Assembly: GCA_038883655.1 (NCBI GenBank)
Contig: JAVZLQ010000004.1
Coordinates: 96,001 to 160,000 of the forward strand
Length of the DNA stretch: 64,000 nt
Reading direction: 5' to 3'
DNA from: Candidatus Bathyarchaeia archaeon
Lineage (GTDB): Archaea; Thermoproteota; Bathyarchaeia; Bathyarchaeales; Bathycorpusculaceae
Shown piece after piece: positions 19,569-30,009 of the stretch; the first letter of the stretch is position 1; each line of letters begins with the position of its first letter. The notes under the pieces are model-generated. The model did not search any database. It saw only the letters and a list, made by a program, of their open reading frames with translations, and was not told the DNA's origin. The translations under genes and the position numbers were made by a program.

Positions 19569-22500
19569 ATGTCAAAATCTAATAGGAAAAGGGTTTCTAT
19601 TATTTTCACTTTGGCTTTACTGTTTTCATCTATGCTGCTAGTTAACTTGAAACTACCTGCAATAGCACAGTCCGAGGAGCTTATTTATCTTCACGGGCCT
19701 TCTTTAGCGCCCATTCACATGCATGGTCCACCTCTCATGCCCGTCCACATGCACTCAACAATAGGAATAATAGACTTAGCTAACCCAATGTACACCCCTT
19801 GGCATGAACTTTACCCCAAATACTGCGAAAACTGGGTTCTCACAAGCTGGGAGGACAACGGCAACCAAATCCTCGATTCCTCAGATCAAATTGACATGAC
19901 TAACGGTGTAACTCAACAAGTACGCTGGTATCATGTAGACAGAATAACAATAACGTTGAAGTTGTGGAACATGTATAACGAAGAGATATACGTTGAATTT
20001 AAGGGACCATACGACCCATATATCCAACCTATATGCACCCTATGGCACGAAGTATGGCCCGTCTACCACGGAGTGTTCGGTCCAGGAAACCCATATCACA
20101 TCGTTAACTGGCAAGACACTGGCATTGGTAACACAGGCTATCTGGGCGTCTGTGACTCAATCGAGTTTGGACAATGGCCTGGACTTTGGTGGCATGTTGA
20201 AGAATATGCTACGGATCTGATCCTGAACGAAAAAGTTATGAACCCTCTTGGTATTGAATGGCACGAACTTTACCCAAACTTCTGCAACCACCACCTTACT
20301 ACCAGTTGGGAAGAACCACTCGAAGACCTGTTCCCTGGAAGGCTTAGCCCAGGCGACCAAGTTGACATGATTAACCAGGCAAGTGGAATAACGGGATGGT
20401 ATCATGTTGACAGAGTAACTTTCACAATGAAAGTGACCAATGAAAGCGATCCTACGCAAGAAATGTACATCGAATATAAAGGGCCTTTCGAGACGATGTA
20501 CAACATTAAGACAACCGTAGTAAACTCAACATGGCACGAAGTCTACCCATTCTATTCCGTTTCTATGAACATCACTAGTTGGATAGACAACTGTAACGGA
20601 GTGCTCGACTCCTGCGACTACATTGAAATGTACGATTTGAACATAGACTTCTATTATGGTTGGTGGCACGTTGAAGAACTCTCAATAGACTTAATCCTCA
20701 ACAAGAAGGTTGACAACCCTACTGGCATAATTTGGCATGAACTTCACCCTGACTGCTGCATCAATGACTATAACACATTAAGTTGGGAAGATAACTTTGA
20801 TGGACTGTTGAATCCTTGCGATAACGTCACTCTGGCGCTTCTGCCAATCGGTCCAACCGACAAGTATCATGTAGAAAATATGACGCTCACCCTCAATCTC
20901 ACAGTAAACGATGTTGACCCAACCATGCCGTTCACGATAGGAGAACGGATATACATAGAGTATCTTGATGCCACGTACTACGATTGGAAGCTGATGTACT
21001 ATTCAAAGACAAACCCACTGTATACTGGTTGGGAAGTAGTCTGTCCAACCGACCGATTTGGCTACCCGATCACAATCGAGAAGTGGTACGACAACTGCAA
21101 TGGGATTCTTAGCTACTTTGACATCATCGAACTTCAAAGCTCCGACGGAACTATGTTGTGCCTAGTCGACGAATTAGCATTAGATATCACTGTTAAGAAA
21201 ATAACAGAGGAACATCCTCCGCCACCGTCATGGTACATGAAGCCACCTTTCCCAGACTATGCTCCGAGTGGAATGCCAGACTTCGATCAAAGACAAGTCG
21301 GCACCTACCCATGGATGGATCCAAGTGGAAGATGGAGCCACTGTGGACCAACTGCTGTGGCGAACTCGATTTTGTGGCTCGACTCAAAATTTGAACCAAA
21401 CACCATACCCCCACCGACCATAATTGACAACTATCCGCTAGTTCAAGCCTACGGTCCATGGGACGACCATGACTCGCAGAACGTTCAGCCGTTGGTTGAG
21501 CATTTGGCATATTTGATGGATACGAACGGTTTAAGAACAGGCATCGTTAAGCTTGGCACAAATGTCTTCGACATGCAAGCTGGACTGACGCATTATCTAT
21601 CATGGACTGGAGTGAACCCGCTTGGAGATGTGGACGGAGACGGAATTGTCACTCAGAATGACCAAGCGATAGTCCTTAATGCGATGGGAACAAGCCCAGG
21701 AACGCCAGGCTGGGAAATTAGAGCCGACATATTCCCTGTTACCGTCTCATATCCACCTATTACTGACAACATAATCGACATAAACGATCTTACACTTGTG
21801 CAGATGAATATGGGTTTAAGTGGAATGTTTTATGAACATACGATGATGGCGCCTCCGTGGGAACTTATCGCAGATGAAGTCATGAGATGCCAAGACGTCG
21901 TCTTACTTATTGCTCCATGGTACTATGATGGCGTTAACTGGTATCGCTACGATGAGGGTGCACATTATGTCACAGTTGCAGGCTTAAACGCTACCACATG
22001 GGAAATAGTATTAAGCGACCCAATAAACGACAATGCAGAAGTAGGAGGACCAGGCAGCGTTCCAGTACCACACGTTCACCCACCACCTGAACCACCATAC
22101 ATTACACACAACAAAGCTAACCTGGTCTCACATGACATGTACAAAGTCATAATGCAACCATGCCCAGGCGGCCCACTTGCAATCATCGGCTATCCTGGGT
22201 CAATAGTCAATCCGCCTGGCACCATATGGCAGATTGAAGCTGCGGTGATAACTTGTCCATACGCTGTTGATGTGCATGACATTGCTGTCACCAACGTTAC
22301 AACTTCAAAGAGTGGCTGCTTGCCTATGCCCACGATCTGTGAGAATTACACTGCTACAGTAGATGTTACAATCCTCAACGAGGGGGACTTCACTGAAAAT
22401 GTCACTGTTACTGCTTATGCTAACTCCACAGTCATCGGAACACAAGCCTACAACAACCTTGCCCCAACTGCCACGGCAACTCTAACTTTCGTTTGGAATA

Positions 22501-22796
22501 CTACTGGTTTTGTTAAGGGTAACTATTCCATAAGTGCTTATGCTTGGCCTGTTCTTGGCGAAACACACACAGCAGACAACACGTTTACAGATGGCTGGGT
22601 TATTGTTGTAATCGTGGCTGACATTAACGGCGACGGATCATGCGACATGGCTGACATATCTATCATGATAGACGGCTTTATGGCCACACCAAGCACTTCA
22701 GCATGGAACCCAAACGCTGACGTAAACGACGACGGAAGCATAGACATGGCTGACATATCAATAGCCATAGACAACTTCATGAAAACAGACCCATAA
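19569..22796 (+). CDS. secreted modular protein: six Trp/His-rich repeats, papain/C39-like Cys peptidase domain with inserted dockerin, CARDB, C-terminal dockerin
   Basis: Signal peptide; WHELYP repeats; DQ..HCGPTAVAN and GAHYVTVAG..SDP; HDIAVTNV CARDB start; duplicated DxNxDGxxDMADIS. Confidence 0.8.
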   Translation: MSKSNRKRVSIIFTLALLFSSMLLVNLKLPAIAQSEELIYLHGPSLAPIHMHGPPLMPVHMHSTIGIIDLANPMYTPWHELYPKYCENWVLTSWEDNGNQILDSSDQIDMTNGVTQQVRWYHVDRITITLKLWNMYNEEIYVEFKGPYDPYIQPICTLWHEVWPVYHGVFGPGNPYHIVNWQDTGIGNTGYLGVCDSIEFGQWPGLWWHVEEYATDLILNEKVMNPLGIEWHELYPNFCNHHLTTSWEEPLEDLFPGRLSPGDQVDMINQASGITGWYHVDRVTFTMKVTNESDPTQEMYIEYKGPFETMYNIKTTVVNSTWHEVYPFYSVSMNITSWIDNCNGVLDSCDYIEMYDLNIDFYYGWWHVEELSIDLILNKKVDNPTGIIWHELHPDCCINDYNTLSWEDNFDGLLNPCDNVTLALLPIGPTDKYHVENMTLTLNLTVNDVDPTMPFTIGERIYIEYLDATYYDWKLMYYSKTNPLYTGWEVVCPTDRFGYPITIEKWYDNCNGILSYFDIIELQSSDGTMLCLVDELALDITVKKITEEHPPPPSWYMKPPFPDYAPSGMPDFDQRQVGTYPWMDPSGRWSHCGPTAVANSILWLDSKFEPNTIPPPTIIDNYPLVQAYGPWDDHDSQNVQPLVEHLAYLMDTNGLRTGIVKLGTNVFDMQAGLTHYLSWTGVNPLGDVDGDGIVTQNDQAIVLNAMGTSPGTPGWEIRADIFPVTVSYPPITDNIIDINDLTLVQMNMGLSGMFYEHTMMAPPWELIADEVMRCQDVVLLIAPWYYDGVNWYRYDEGAHYVTVAGLNATTWEIVLSDPINDNAEVGGPGSVPVPHVHPPPEPPYITHNKANLVSHDMYKVIMQPCPGGPLAIIGYPGSIVNPPGTIWQIEAAVITCPYAVDVHDIAVTNVTTSKSGCLPMPTICENYTATVDVTILNEGDFTENVTVTAYANSTVIGTQAYNNLAPTATATLTFVWNTTGFVKGNYSISAYAWPVLGETHTADNTFTDGWVIVVIVADINGDGSCDMADISIMIDGFMATPSTSAWNPNADVNDDGSIDMADISIAIDNFMKTDP

Positions 22797-22834
22797 CCCC
22801 CACTTTTTCATTTAAGTCACTATACACATCATTG

Positions 22835-23131
22835 TTATTCGTATATTGGCTCTCTATAGTAGAAATCATGCACTAAAACTAATGCAAGTAAAGATATGGC
22901 AAACCAAAAAATCACATCAACAAGCAAGTTAAGATACCTAATATCCAAGCCGAAGTTTGCTACAACAATCCTCCAAACGAACGGATAACCATAATAAGTT
23001 GCATCTACGGCACCTACCCGCGGAGGGTTTTCAATAACCCCACCAATCAACGTTATTAAAACTCCCAAAACTATACTTGACAACACAAACTTTGATTTTA
23101 AGAGCCTCCAAACCCTCTCCTTTTCTGACAT
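22835..23131 (-). CDS. small membrane protein
   Basis: 98 aa, 2 TM flanking a YYGYPF loop. Confidence 0.65.
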   Translation of the reverse strand: MSEKERVWRLLKSKFVLSSIVLGVLITLIGGVIENPPRVGAVDATYYGYPFVWRIVVANFGLDIRYLNLLVDVIFWFAISLLALVLVHDFYYREPIYE

Positions 23132-23205
23132 CTTATTCTCCCATCATTTAAATTGATTCTGAGTCAAACTTATAAGAATAACCCACTGTATCATATACGG
23201 TAAGC

Positions 23206-23835
23206 ATGGTACGAATATACCGCGAAATTTTCGTCGAACTAATCGTACTTATTTTAGTTGGAGGAAGCTTAATTTTCATTCCACTCTACATAAATTCTTT
23301 TTTGACATCAATGCATATAATTGGACCAGATTGGAACTTTGAGATATTTATTGTTGGAGACTCGATGCGACCGACTTTAAGTTATGGTGACTTTGTGTGT
23401 GTTCGCAAGACAGATGTTTCACTTATAAGGACTGGACTGAATGGTGACATAATAGCTTTTGAAAGACCTCAACCATCCATCAGCAATCCAGCAATAATCG
23501 TTCACAGGGCAATTAATAGAACTGTTAGAAACAGCATCATTTACTTTCAAACAAAGGGAGACAACAATAACTCTCCAGATAATTGGAGCGATTATCGAGG
23601 AGAAAATTACACATGGAATGGCATGGTCTCAGAGCTGTTACTTATTGGGAAAGTTGTTGGCGTTAGAAAAGAATATGCCGTAGTATTTCCTGTCGCAATA
23701 ATGACATCGATGGTATTAAGTTTGGCTGTTGGTGACATAATTTTATACTTCTACCTTCTACATGGAATTAGTTTTCAAAGGGCTTTGAAAATCGATTCAC
23801 CCAGTCATCCCGAGGATGACGAACCAGCAAGATAA
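23206..23835 (+). CDS. signal peptidase I (S26, archaeal/Sec11 type)
   Basis: GDSMRPT (catalytic Ser), IVHR (His), TKGDNN, with N- and C-terminal TM. Confidence 0.92.
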   Translation: MVRIYREIFVELIVLILVGGSLIFIPLYINSFLTSMHIIGPDWNFEIFIVGDSMRPTLSYGDFVCVRKTDVSLIRTGLNGDIIAFERPQPSISNPAIIVHRAINRTVRNSIIYFQTKGDNNNSPDNWSDYRGENYTWNGMVSELLLIGKVVGVRKEYAVVFPVAIMTSMVLSLAVGDIILYFYLLHGISFQRALKIDSPSHPEDDEPAR

Positions 23836-24200
23836 GATACAACGTTTTCTATGTATTGTTCAAGTTCTTTCTCAAGTTTTCTCCATGTTTCATCTGATTT
23901 TAATTTCCGCAAAAACCAATATCCGCCTATGAACATTCTTGTTATAGGATTAAGCAGGAAAAAATTGTCATTATCTTTTCTGCAAAGATCGCATTTTACG
24001 GTGAAATTTTCGGGTTTTCCTTCGATGGTCAGACATATATATCCTTCAATAAAGAAACGTGGAGAATTTGCCGCGAGAATCTGATAGCCATTCGGTGTTT
24101 CACCTCTTATTGCTTCAAAATCTTTCGTTTTGAAAAAATTGCCTATGTGTTCAGTAAGTAATGCTAAATCAACATTCTTCTCAAACCATTTTTTATACAT
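23805..24200 (-). CDS. hypothetical protein
   Basis: 131-aa ORF co-oriented with the protease gene. Confidence 0.6.
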   Translation of the reverse strand: MYKKWFEKNVDLALLTEHIGNFFKTKDFEAIRGETPNGYQILAANSPRFFIEGYICLTIEGKPENFTVKCDLCRKDNDNFFLLNPITRMFIGGYWFLRKLKSDETWRKLEKELEQYIENVVSYLAGSSSSG

Positions 24201-24210
24201 GAGGAAGTCA

Positions 24211-24465
24211 CTAATATGTCATTTTTATCCTTATTATTTGTCCTTGAACATTTTCACGGATATAATTTACCAAGAATTTTTTTGCTTCTTCGTAACTTAC
24301 ATTTCTACCCACGTATAAGCAGCTTATTTCTCCTGGTTTTGGACGCATTTGAATTTTAGGTGTGATTGCATTAGAGGAGATATTCATTTTCCTAAAGACT
24401 TTTATGCGAAAGCGTTCCAAACCATGCTGAGGGCATTGCACTTCTATTGAAATGCTTACCATCAT
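24211..24465 (-). CDS. small basic hypothetical protein (CxxH motif)
   Basis: 84 aa, CPQHG, GGAGA RBS upstream. Confidence 0.6.
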   Translation of the reverse strand: MMVSISIEVQCPQHGLERFRIKVFRKMNISSNAITPKIQMRPKPGEISCLYVGRNVSYEEAKKFLVNYIRENVQGQIIRIKMTY

Positions 24466-24512
24466 CTCCTTCTCCTTTATTATCTTAATGCTTAATCAGT
24501 TTAATAAATATT

Positions 24513-27500
24513 TCACGTAGCATCTTTCGAGCGTTTACCTTTAAAGTAAATATGCAATGCGCGCGTAACAATAATGGCTATTGAGATCAAAACTAAAGCC
24601 GTAAGTGATCCTATCAAAATGCCCAAGATTTTACCAGAGTTATAACTTTCTTCTGTTGCTTTTTGAACATTTTTTGTCCACACATCAATCTGTCTTTCTC
24701 CTACGTTTCCAGCAGCATCAACACCGACTATTTTTATTGTATGGCGACCATCACCAACGTTTGTTGTGTTCCAGTAAAAGAAAGTCTCTCCAGTGACATC
24801 AAAAACCATGTTGTCTATGTATAGGAGAGCCTTTTCTAGATGATCATCGCCTATTGTAAAGTTTATGCAGGCAACCCCCAAAAGTTCCTCGTTGTCGGCT
24901 GGAGAATTTATAATCACTGAAGGGCTTGTGTTATCGATGACGATGTTTATTCTTGCACATTCTCGGTTTTCAGCCATATCAAAAACTTCTAATTTAACTT
25001 CATAATGTCCATCCTGAAGCAGACAAGAATTTACAGCCAACGACGTGATGTTTGTAACGTCCCAAAGCATATTGTTTATATTTAAAGTTGCGTTTTTAAT
25101 GTTTGCATCGCTAGCTAGAAACATTATAATGGTTTCACCTGCTATTATAGAGTTATTTTTTGGAAAAGATATTTTTGCGATAGGCTTAGTATTGTCGACC
25201 GTAAGTGTTAATTTGCTTGCTTTAAAGTTTCCCGCTTCATCTGTAACCTTTAGAACTAAAATATGTTCACCATCGCTTATTTGTCTAGCATCTAATTCAT
25301 AGTAAGTCTGTGATGTTACATCCGCTATTACTTCTCCATCAATCGTAAGAACCGCACATTGAAGGTTTGCGTCTGCAAAACTGAAGTTGACATGGATTAT
25401 TCCTGATACATAACTTCCATTTGCTGGTAAAACTATTTCGGCTGTTGGAGGTGTGTTATCTACGGTGACTAATAAAGAAAATTCTGCATAATTCCCTGCT
25501 CTATCAAAAACTTCAGCTTTAAGAATATAGTTACCATCAGCGTAAGTACCGTTGCTCGTATCCCACGAGACAATATGAAAACCAAAATCAGCCCAACAAT
25601 CAATCAGCGTGTCATTGCATGACAATGAAGCGTTTCTTAAATTCAAATCATGTACGTATATTGTGACGTTACTATTTCCTCTTACGTACTTTGCTTGTTG
25701 CAAAATTTGGACTTGTGGAACTGTATTATCCACTATAACAGTTATACGATCAGCATTAGTGTTATTGGCTTTATCTATAACTACTAAAAGAACTTCATAA
25801 ACTCCATCATTGTACACGCGCGTATCCCAGATATAAGTATGGTTTCCACCAGAAAAAAATGCAGCTTTGCTGGCATTGTTTATAAACAAATGCATGCAAT
25901 TGAACCAGCGATCATCACCATTTATGTCTATTTCAATGATGCCTTTCAAGTAACTTCCATTGTAAGGTGTAATAATATGCGCAGTGGGCAACGTTTTGTC
26001 TATGACTATTGTTACACTAGAACTGTTCATGTTCCCAGCAAAGTCATAAGCCTCAACGTCGATAGTGTATGTAGCATCATTCAATCCTGTTAAGTTATAA
26101 CTTGAAAAACTGCCTCCGACTATAGCCTTCTCTGTTGAATTAAGGCATATTCGGTAGTATGCAATCCCACTTTCAAAATCAAATCCTCTCCAATGTACTT
26201 CAACTTCAGAAGATGATATAAACGTGTTATTTGAGGGTTTTTCAATTACAACTTGTGGTGGCGATGTGTCAACATTAGTTTGCAAAAGATGCAAGACGCG
26301 TGTAATATTATGTCCTTGAGTGTCCAAATCGCTTTCAACAGATGAAATTAATAGGCCGCTCACCTTATCATAATAATAAAAGCAAAGCTCAGTTTCGTTT
26401 ATAAAGAAAACTAACCATGTGTTGAAGTTTCTTTGTCCAAGGGTATATTCAGAGCTACCTATGACCGTTCCTGTTTGATTCCAAATTCGAACAGAGGATC
26501 CTAAATCAAGAAAAGTTTCTATCCAGCCAAAATAATAAGTGTTGTTAAAATTCGTCGGGCCGTCTACAACTAAGCGTGTTCTAATGTCTACAACCAAATA
26601 AACGGTGAAATTCTCAACGATGTTACCATCTTTATCCCAAGATAAACAGCTAAGTTGAATTAAAACTTTATTATAATTGATTATTGAAATATAAGTGGCT
26701 TTTAGATTTCCTTCCACTTCGGCGATGCTGTTATTGAAATGCGCGATACTATATTGGGCGTAATCACCGACTTTTGGTTTAATAAGAGCGCCTATTGGAA
26801 TGTTTGTCTCTAGTAGTGTTAGGTTTTCAAGAAAACCAATTGTAACCCTATCATAACCAATTAATAAGCCTGAGATTTTTTCATAGTAAAAAGTATAATT
26901 TTGGTAGCGTGATTCAACGGACAGTTTCCAGCATTCAATAGACCGATTATTTACGGTTACGCTTTTAGTGCCTGTAACTGTGCCGACATTATTTAACACT
27001 CGTACTTGCGAACCTAACGTTACGTTTGTTTCAATCCAACCCGGAAACCAAAAACCCGCCCAAGTGCCTTTTTCTACAAATCTGTTTATTGTATTTATGA
27101 TTGATGACGTAACCAAAATATAGTCCGTGGATGAGTGCCAGTATGTAACGTTAATCTGGTATGGTGAAATGTAGTAATTATATGTGAAATTAATTAGCTC
27201 GGTGATTGATGTTTCCTCAGTAAATGTGCATAACGTATAATTTGCCCACTGTCCTTCTTCTGGTTGAATCAACGGATCCCAAACTGTTACAATCCGCGTC
27301 ATCTTGTTATTTAAAGTGTTGTTTTCGTTATCCTTTGGTCTAGCATATGCTGTTACGTTATAATTCGCTCTTGGAACGCTCATCCAGAGATAACTTGTAG
27401 AATATGTTTCGTCGCTGGCAATTTCACTAATCGTTTCGTTCTTCGCAACATTACCATTTATATAAATCGCTAGCTCCACATCATATTCAGCATCTAAGCC

Positions 27501-29873
27501 TATGTTGGAAACGGTCGCGTTCAACCAAATATTGCTGCCCGGTAAGGCAAAGGGTGGCGCACTAAGTCCAACTATTAAATCATGTTGCGGTCTCTCGTAA
27601 CGTGACCAAGATATGAAATTGTAGATTAATTGTAAATCAACGTCGTTACTATAAGACTCAGCAGCAAAAGAACTGTAAATAACGCCTCTATATGTGACAA
27701 TTGCACTCTCGTTATATGGTCCAAGAGCAACGTACTCCCCCCCAACTAAAACTTCTTCAACCCAATTCCCTTGAGGAGCAACTGTTAGTTTGCTTTGAGA
27801 GAAGTTATAGGGATTTGGAATACCGCGGAAAATCGGGTGTTCAGGATTAAGTAAATTTAAATGAGACGTTGAGTTTATTGTCCAGGTTGTTGTCTCATCT
27901 ATCCCTAAAAGTCTCGCGAGCTTATTGTTATTTGGAACGCTAAAGTAAAACGTATCCGCAGTAATAATCAATCCATGTCCTTCATAAACATAATTTGTAA
28001 TAGCTTCTATTTCTGAATCCGAAAATTCCCAACCTAACTCTTGAGAGTAAGCTGAAGATATTATTAATACATCCGCATTGCATGCTACGAGATCCTCATA
28101 ACTTATGTTTTCTTTATTTAAACTTATAGCATCAATAAAAATGCATTTTTCACCGTATTTGGGCCAGTATTTGTTAAGCTTTTCCCAAGTTGTGGTTATC
28201 CACGTCCAATATGTTCCAGAGGACCTTATAACACAAGCTTTAATTGGCGTTCCGCCAAAAACGTTTACTTTAACAAAGTTGTTTTCGGTCACGTTTTCAC
28301 CATTGAATGGAACTACTCGAACAGTTATATTATACAATCCTTCATTTGTTGGCATCCATGTAAGAACTACCGGTATTGTTGCACCACTTTCTATGAAATC
28401 TACAACTTGGGAACAAATGTACGTGCCGTTACTTATCAATTCAACAGTTACACCACTTTCTTCAGAAGTCCCGTAGTTAAGTATGTAGGCAGTAAACGTT
28501 CCATTCTCATGCAAATTAACATAATGGGGATATTCGAGTCGCGCTAATAACAAGTCATGCTCGGGTAAGGGCTGATTGACCGCTTTCATGGCGTTTATCC
28601 TTCCATAACCGTAGTACTCGTCAAATCCCACATTGCCTAAATCGTCGGCAGTATAACGTAAATGAAATCTAACCTGGTCACGGGTTATGTTTGGAAATTG
28701 ACTCCAAACAAGAGCAGCGACGCCCGATACGTGAGGACAAGACATCGATGTTCCGCTCTTATAATTGTAGTCGTTCCCTGGAACTGTGGAGTAGATTTGC
28801 ACTCCCGGTGCTGCAAGCTCAATCCATTCTCCGAAATTTGTGAAGAAAGCAGGCTTATCATACTGGTCTGTCGCTGAAACTGCAATAACTTCATCATATG
28901 CAGCTGGATAAGATTTTGCGTCACTGCGAGCATTCCCCGCCGATGCTACTAAAAGAACCCCAGATTCATAAGCAAACTTAATTGCTTCGTAAAGCAGCGA
29001 ACTGTTGAAGTTCCCCCCCCAACTCATCGATATTATGGATGCATTTTGCTGTACCGCGTGAATTATAGCTTGAGCTAAGTCATCCTCAGCACCTGAGCCG
29101 TATCGATCTAAAGCTTTCTCTGCGATTATTTCGACTTGGGCTATTCCCGCTATTCCGATGCCGTTGTTAAGCGTTGCCGCAATTATGCCTGCGCAATGAG
29201 TTCCATGTCCATTGTCATCCATGGGATCAGCATCGTTATTCACCCAGTCATAACCTAATGGTATATAGTTTCCAATTAAATCCGGGTGACGCCAATCCAC
29301 ACCTGTATCAATTACTGCTACACGAATATTATGTGTTCCGACGGTAGTATTCCACGCGTACTCAGCATTTATTTTTTGGAGTGCCCACTGAAGGCTCCAA
29401 TAAGGGTCGTTTGGCACAAAATAAGCACCGTATTTTGCGTTAGGCTCGATATACTTGATAACACTTATGTTCTGTAATTCTTTGATAAGCGATGAGGAGT
29501 ATTGAAGAGGTACATTTACTACGATCGCCAGCAAATTATTTACATTGACATAGTTGATAATCTCTCCGTTAAATCTCTGAACGAGCGCATTTAATTCATC
29601 TTTTATCGAGTCGTATCCATTGTTTATGCCTACTACCAGCTCGATTGAGTCATTTTTAATGCATACGTAGTCGCTGTAGTTGCGCAAATCTTCTGTACTG
29701 CGAATTCCATTCTCGATTATTTTGATCAGGTTATTATCGATTAGACCACTATTGCGATATATGTCAGCATTGCTATCGCTATTGTATTTATCATGTAAAC
29801 CGCTGGGAAATGTGACAATGGCCAAAAGTAAAATACATGTTATTGTTGTCACTTTTGAATATGGCGCCCACAT
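24513..29873 (-). CDS. membrane-anchored S8 subtilisin-like protease with CARDB and Ig-like stalk
   Basis: DTG, HGTH and GTSMS triad; propeptide; HDL CARDB domains; repeated VDNTxP Ig domains; C-terminal TM plus basic tail. Confidence 0.95.
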   Translation of the reverse strand: MWAPYSKVTTITCILLLAIVTFPSGLHDKYNSDSNADIYRNSGLIDNNLIKIIENGIRSTEDLRNYSDYVCIKNDSIELVVGINNGYDSIKDELNALVQRFNGEIINYVNVNNLLAIVVNVPLQYSSSLIKELQNISVIKYIEPNAKYGAYFVPNDPYWSLQWALQKINAEYAWNTTVGTHNIRVAVIDTGVDWRHPDLIGNYIPLGYDWVNNDADPMDDNGHGTHCAGIIAATLNNGIGIAGIAQVEIIAEKALDRYGSGAEDDLAQAIIHAVQQNASIISMSWGGNFNSSLLYEAIKFAYESGVLLVASAGNARSDAKSYPAAYDEVIAVSATDQYDKPAFFTNFGEWIELAAPGVQIYSTVPGNDYNYKSGTSMSCPHVSGVAALVWSQFPNITRDQVRFHLRYTADDLGNVGFDEYYGYGRINAMKAVNQPLPEHDLLLARLEYPHYVNLHENGTFTAYILNYGTSEESGVTVELISNGTYICSQVVDFIESGATIPVVLTWMPTNEGLYNITVRVVPFNGENVTENNFVKVNVFGGTPIKACVIRSSGTYWTWITTTWEKLNKYWPKYGEKCIFIDAISLNKENISYEDLVACNADVLIISSAYSQELGWEFSDSEIEAITNYVYEGHGLIITADTFYFSVPNNNKLARLLGIDETTTWTINSTSHLNLLNPEHPIFRGIPNPYNFSQSKLTVAPQGNWVEEVLVGGEYVALGPYNESAIVTYRGVIYSSFAAESYSNDVDLQLIYNFISWSRYERPQHDLIVGLSAPPFALPGSNIWLNATVSNIGLDAEYDVELAIYINGNVAKNETISEIASDETYSTSYLWMSVPRANYNVTAYARPKDNENNTLNNKMTRIVTVWDPLIQPEEGQWANYTLCTFTEETSITELINFTYNYYISPYQINVTYWHSSTDYILVTSSIINTINRFVEKGTWAGFWFPGWIETNVTLGSQVRVLNNVGTVTGTKSVTVNNRSIECWKLSVESRYQNYTFYYEKISGLLIGYDRVTIGFLENLTLLETNIPIGALIKPKVGDYAQYSIAHFNNSIAEVEGNLKATYISIINYNKVLIQLSCLSWDKDGNIVENFTVYLVVDIRTRLVVDGPTNFNNTYYFGWIETFLDLGSSVRIWNQTGTVIGSSEYTLGQRNFNTWLVFFINETELCFYYYDKVSGLLISSVESDLDTQGHNITRVLHLLQTNVDTSPPQVVIEKPSNNTFISSSEVEVHWRGFDFESGIAYYRICLNSTEKAIVGGSFSSYNLTGLNDATYTIDVEAYDFAGNMNSSSVTIVIDKTLPTAHIITPYNGSYLKGIIEIDINGDDRWFNCMHLFINNASKAAFFSGGNHTYIWDTRVYNDGVYEVLLVVIDKANNTNADRITVIVDNTVPQVQILQQAKYVRGNSNVTIYVHDLNLRNASLSCNDTLIDCWADFGFHIVSWDTSNGTYADGNYILKAEVFDRAGNYAEFSLLVTVDNTPPTAEIVLPANGSYVSGIIHVNFSFADANLQCAVLTIDGEVIADVTSQTYYELDARQISDGEHILVLKVTDEAGNFKASKLTLTVDNTKPIAKISFPKNNSIIAGETIIMFLASDANIKNATLNINNMLWDVTNITSLAVNSCLLQDGHYEVKLEVFDMAENRECARINIVIDNTSPSVIINSPADNEELLGVACINFTIGDDHLEKALLYIDNMVFDVTGETFFYWNTTNVGDGRHTIKIVGVDAAGNVGERQIDVWTKNVQKATEESYNSGKILGILIGSLTALVLISIAIIVTRALHIYFKGKRSKDAT

Positions 29874-30009
29874 TTATTTTACCTTGTTTAGTTTTTAAAG
29901 AATTACATCATGGTATATTCGGTTCCAATCTATAAGATTGTCGTTTTGGGCATATTGTTTCCGACAAAGTTATAAATTTCGTCCTCTTCCCTTCTGAAGG
30001 GGAGCTTTA

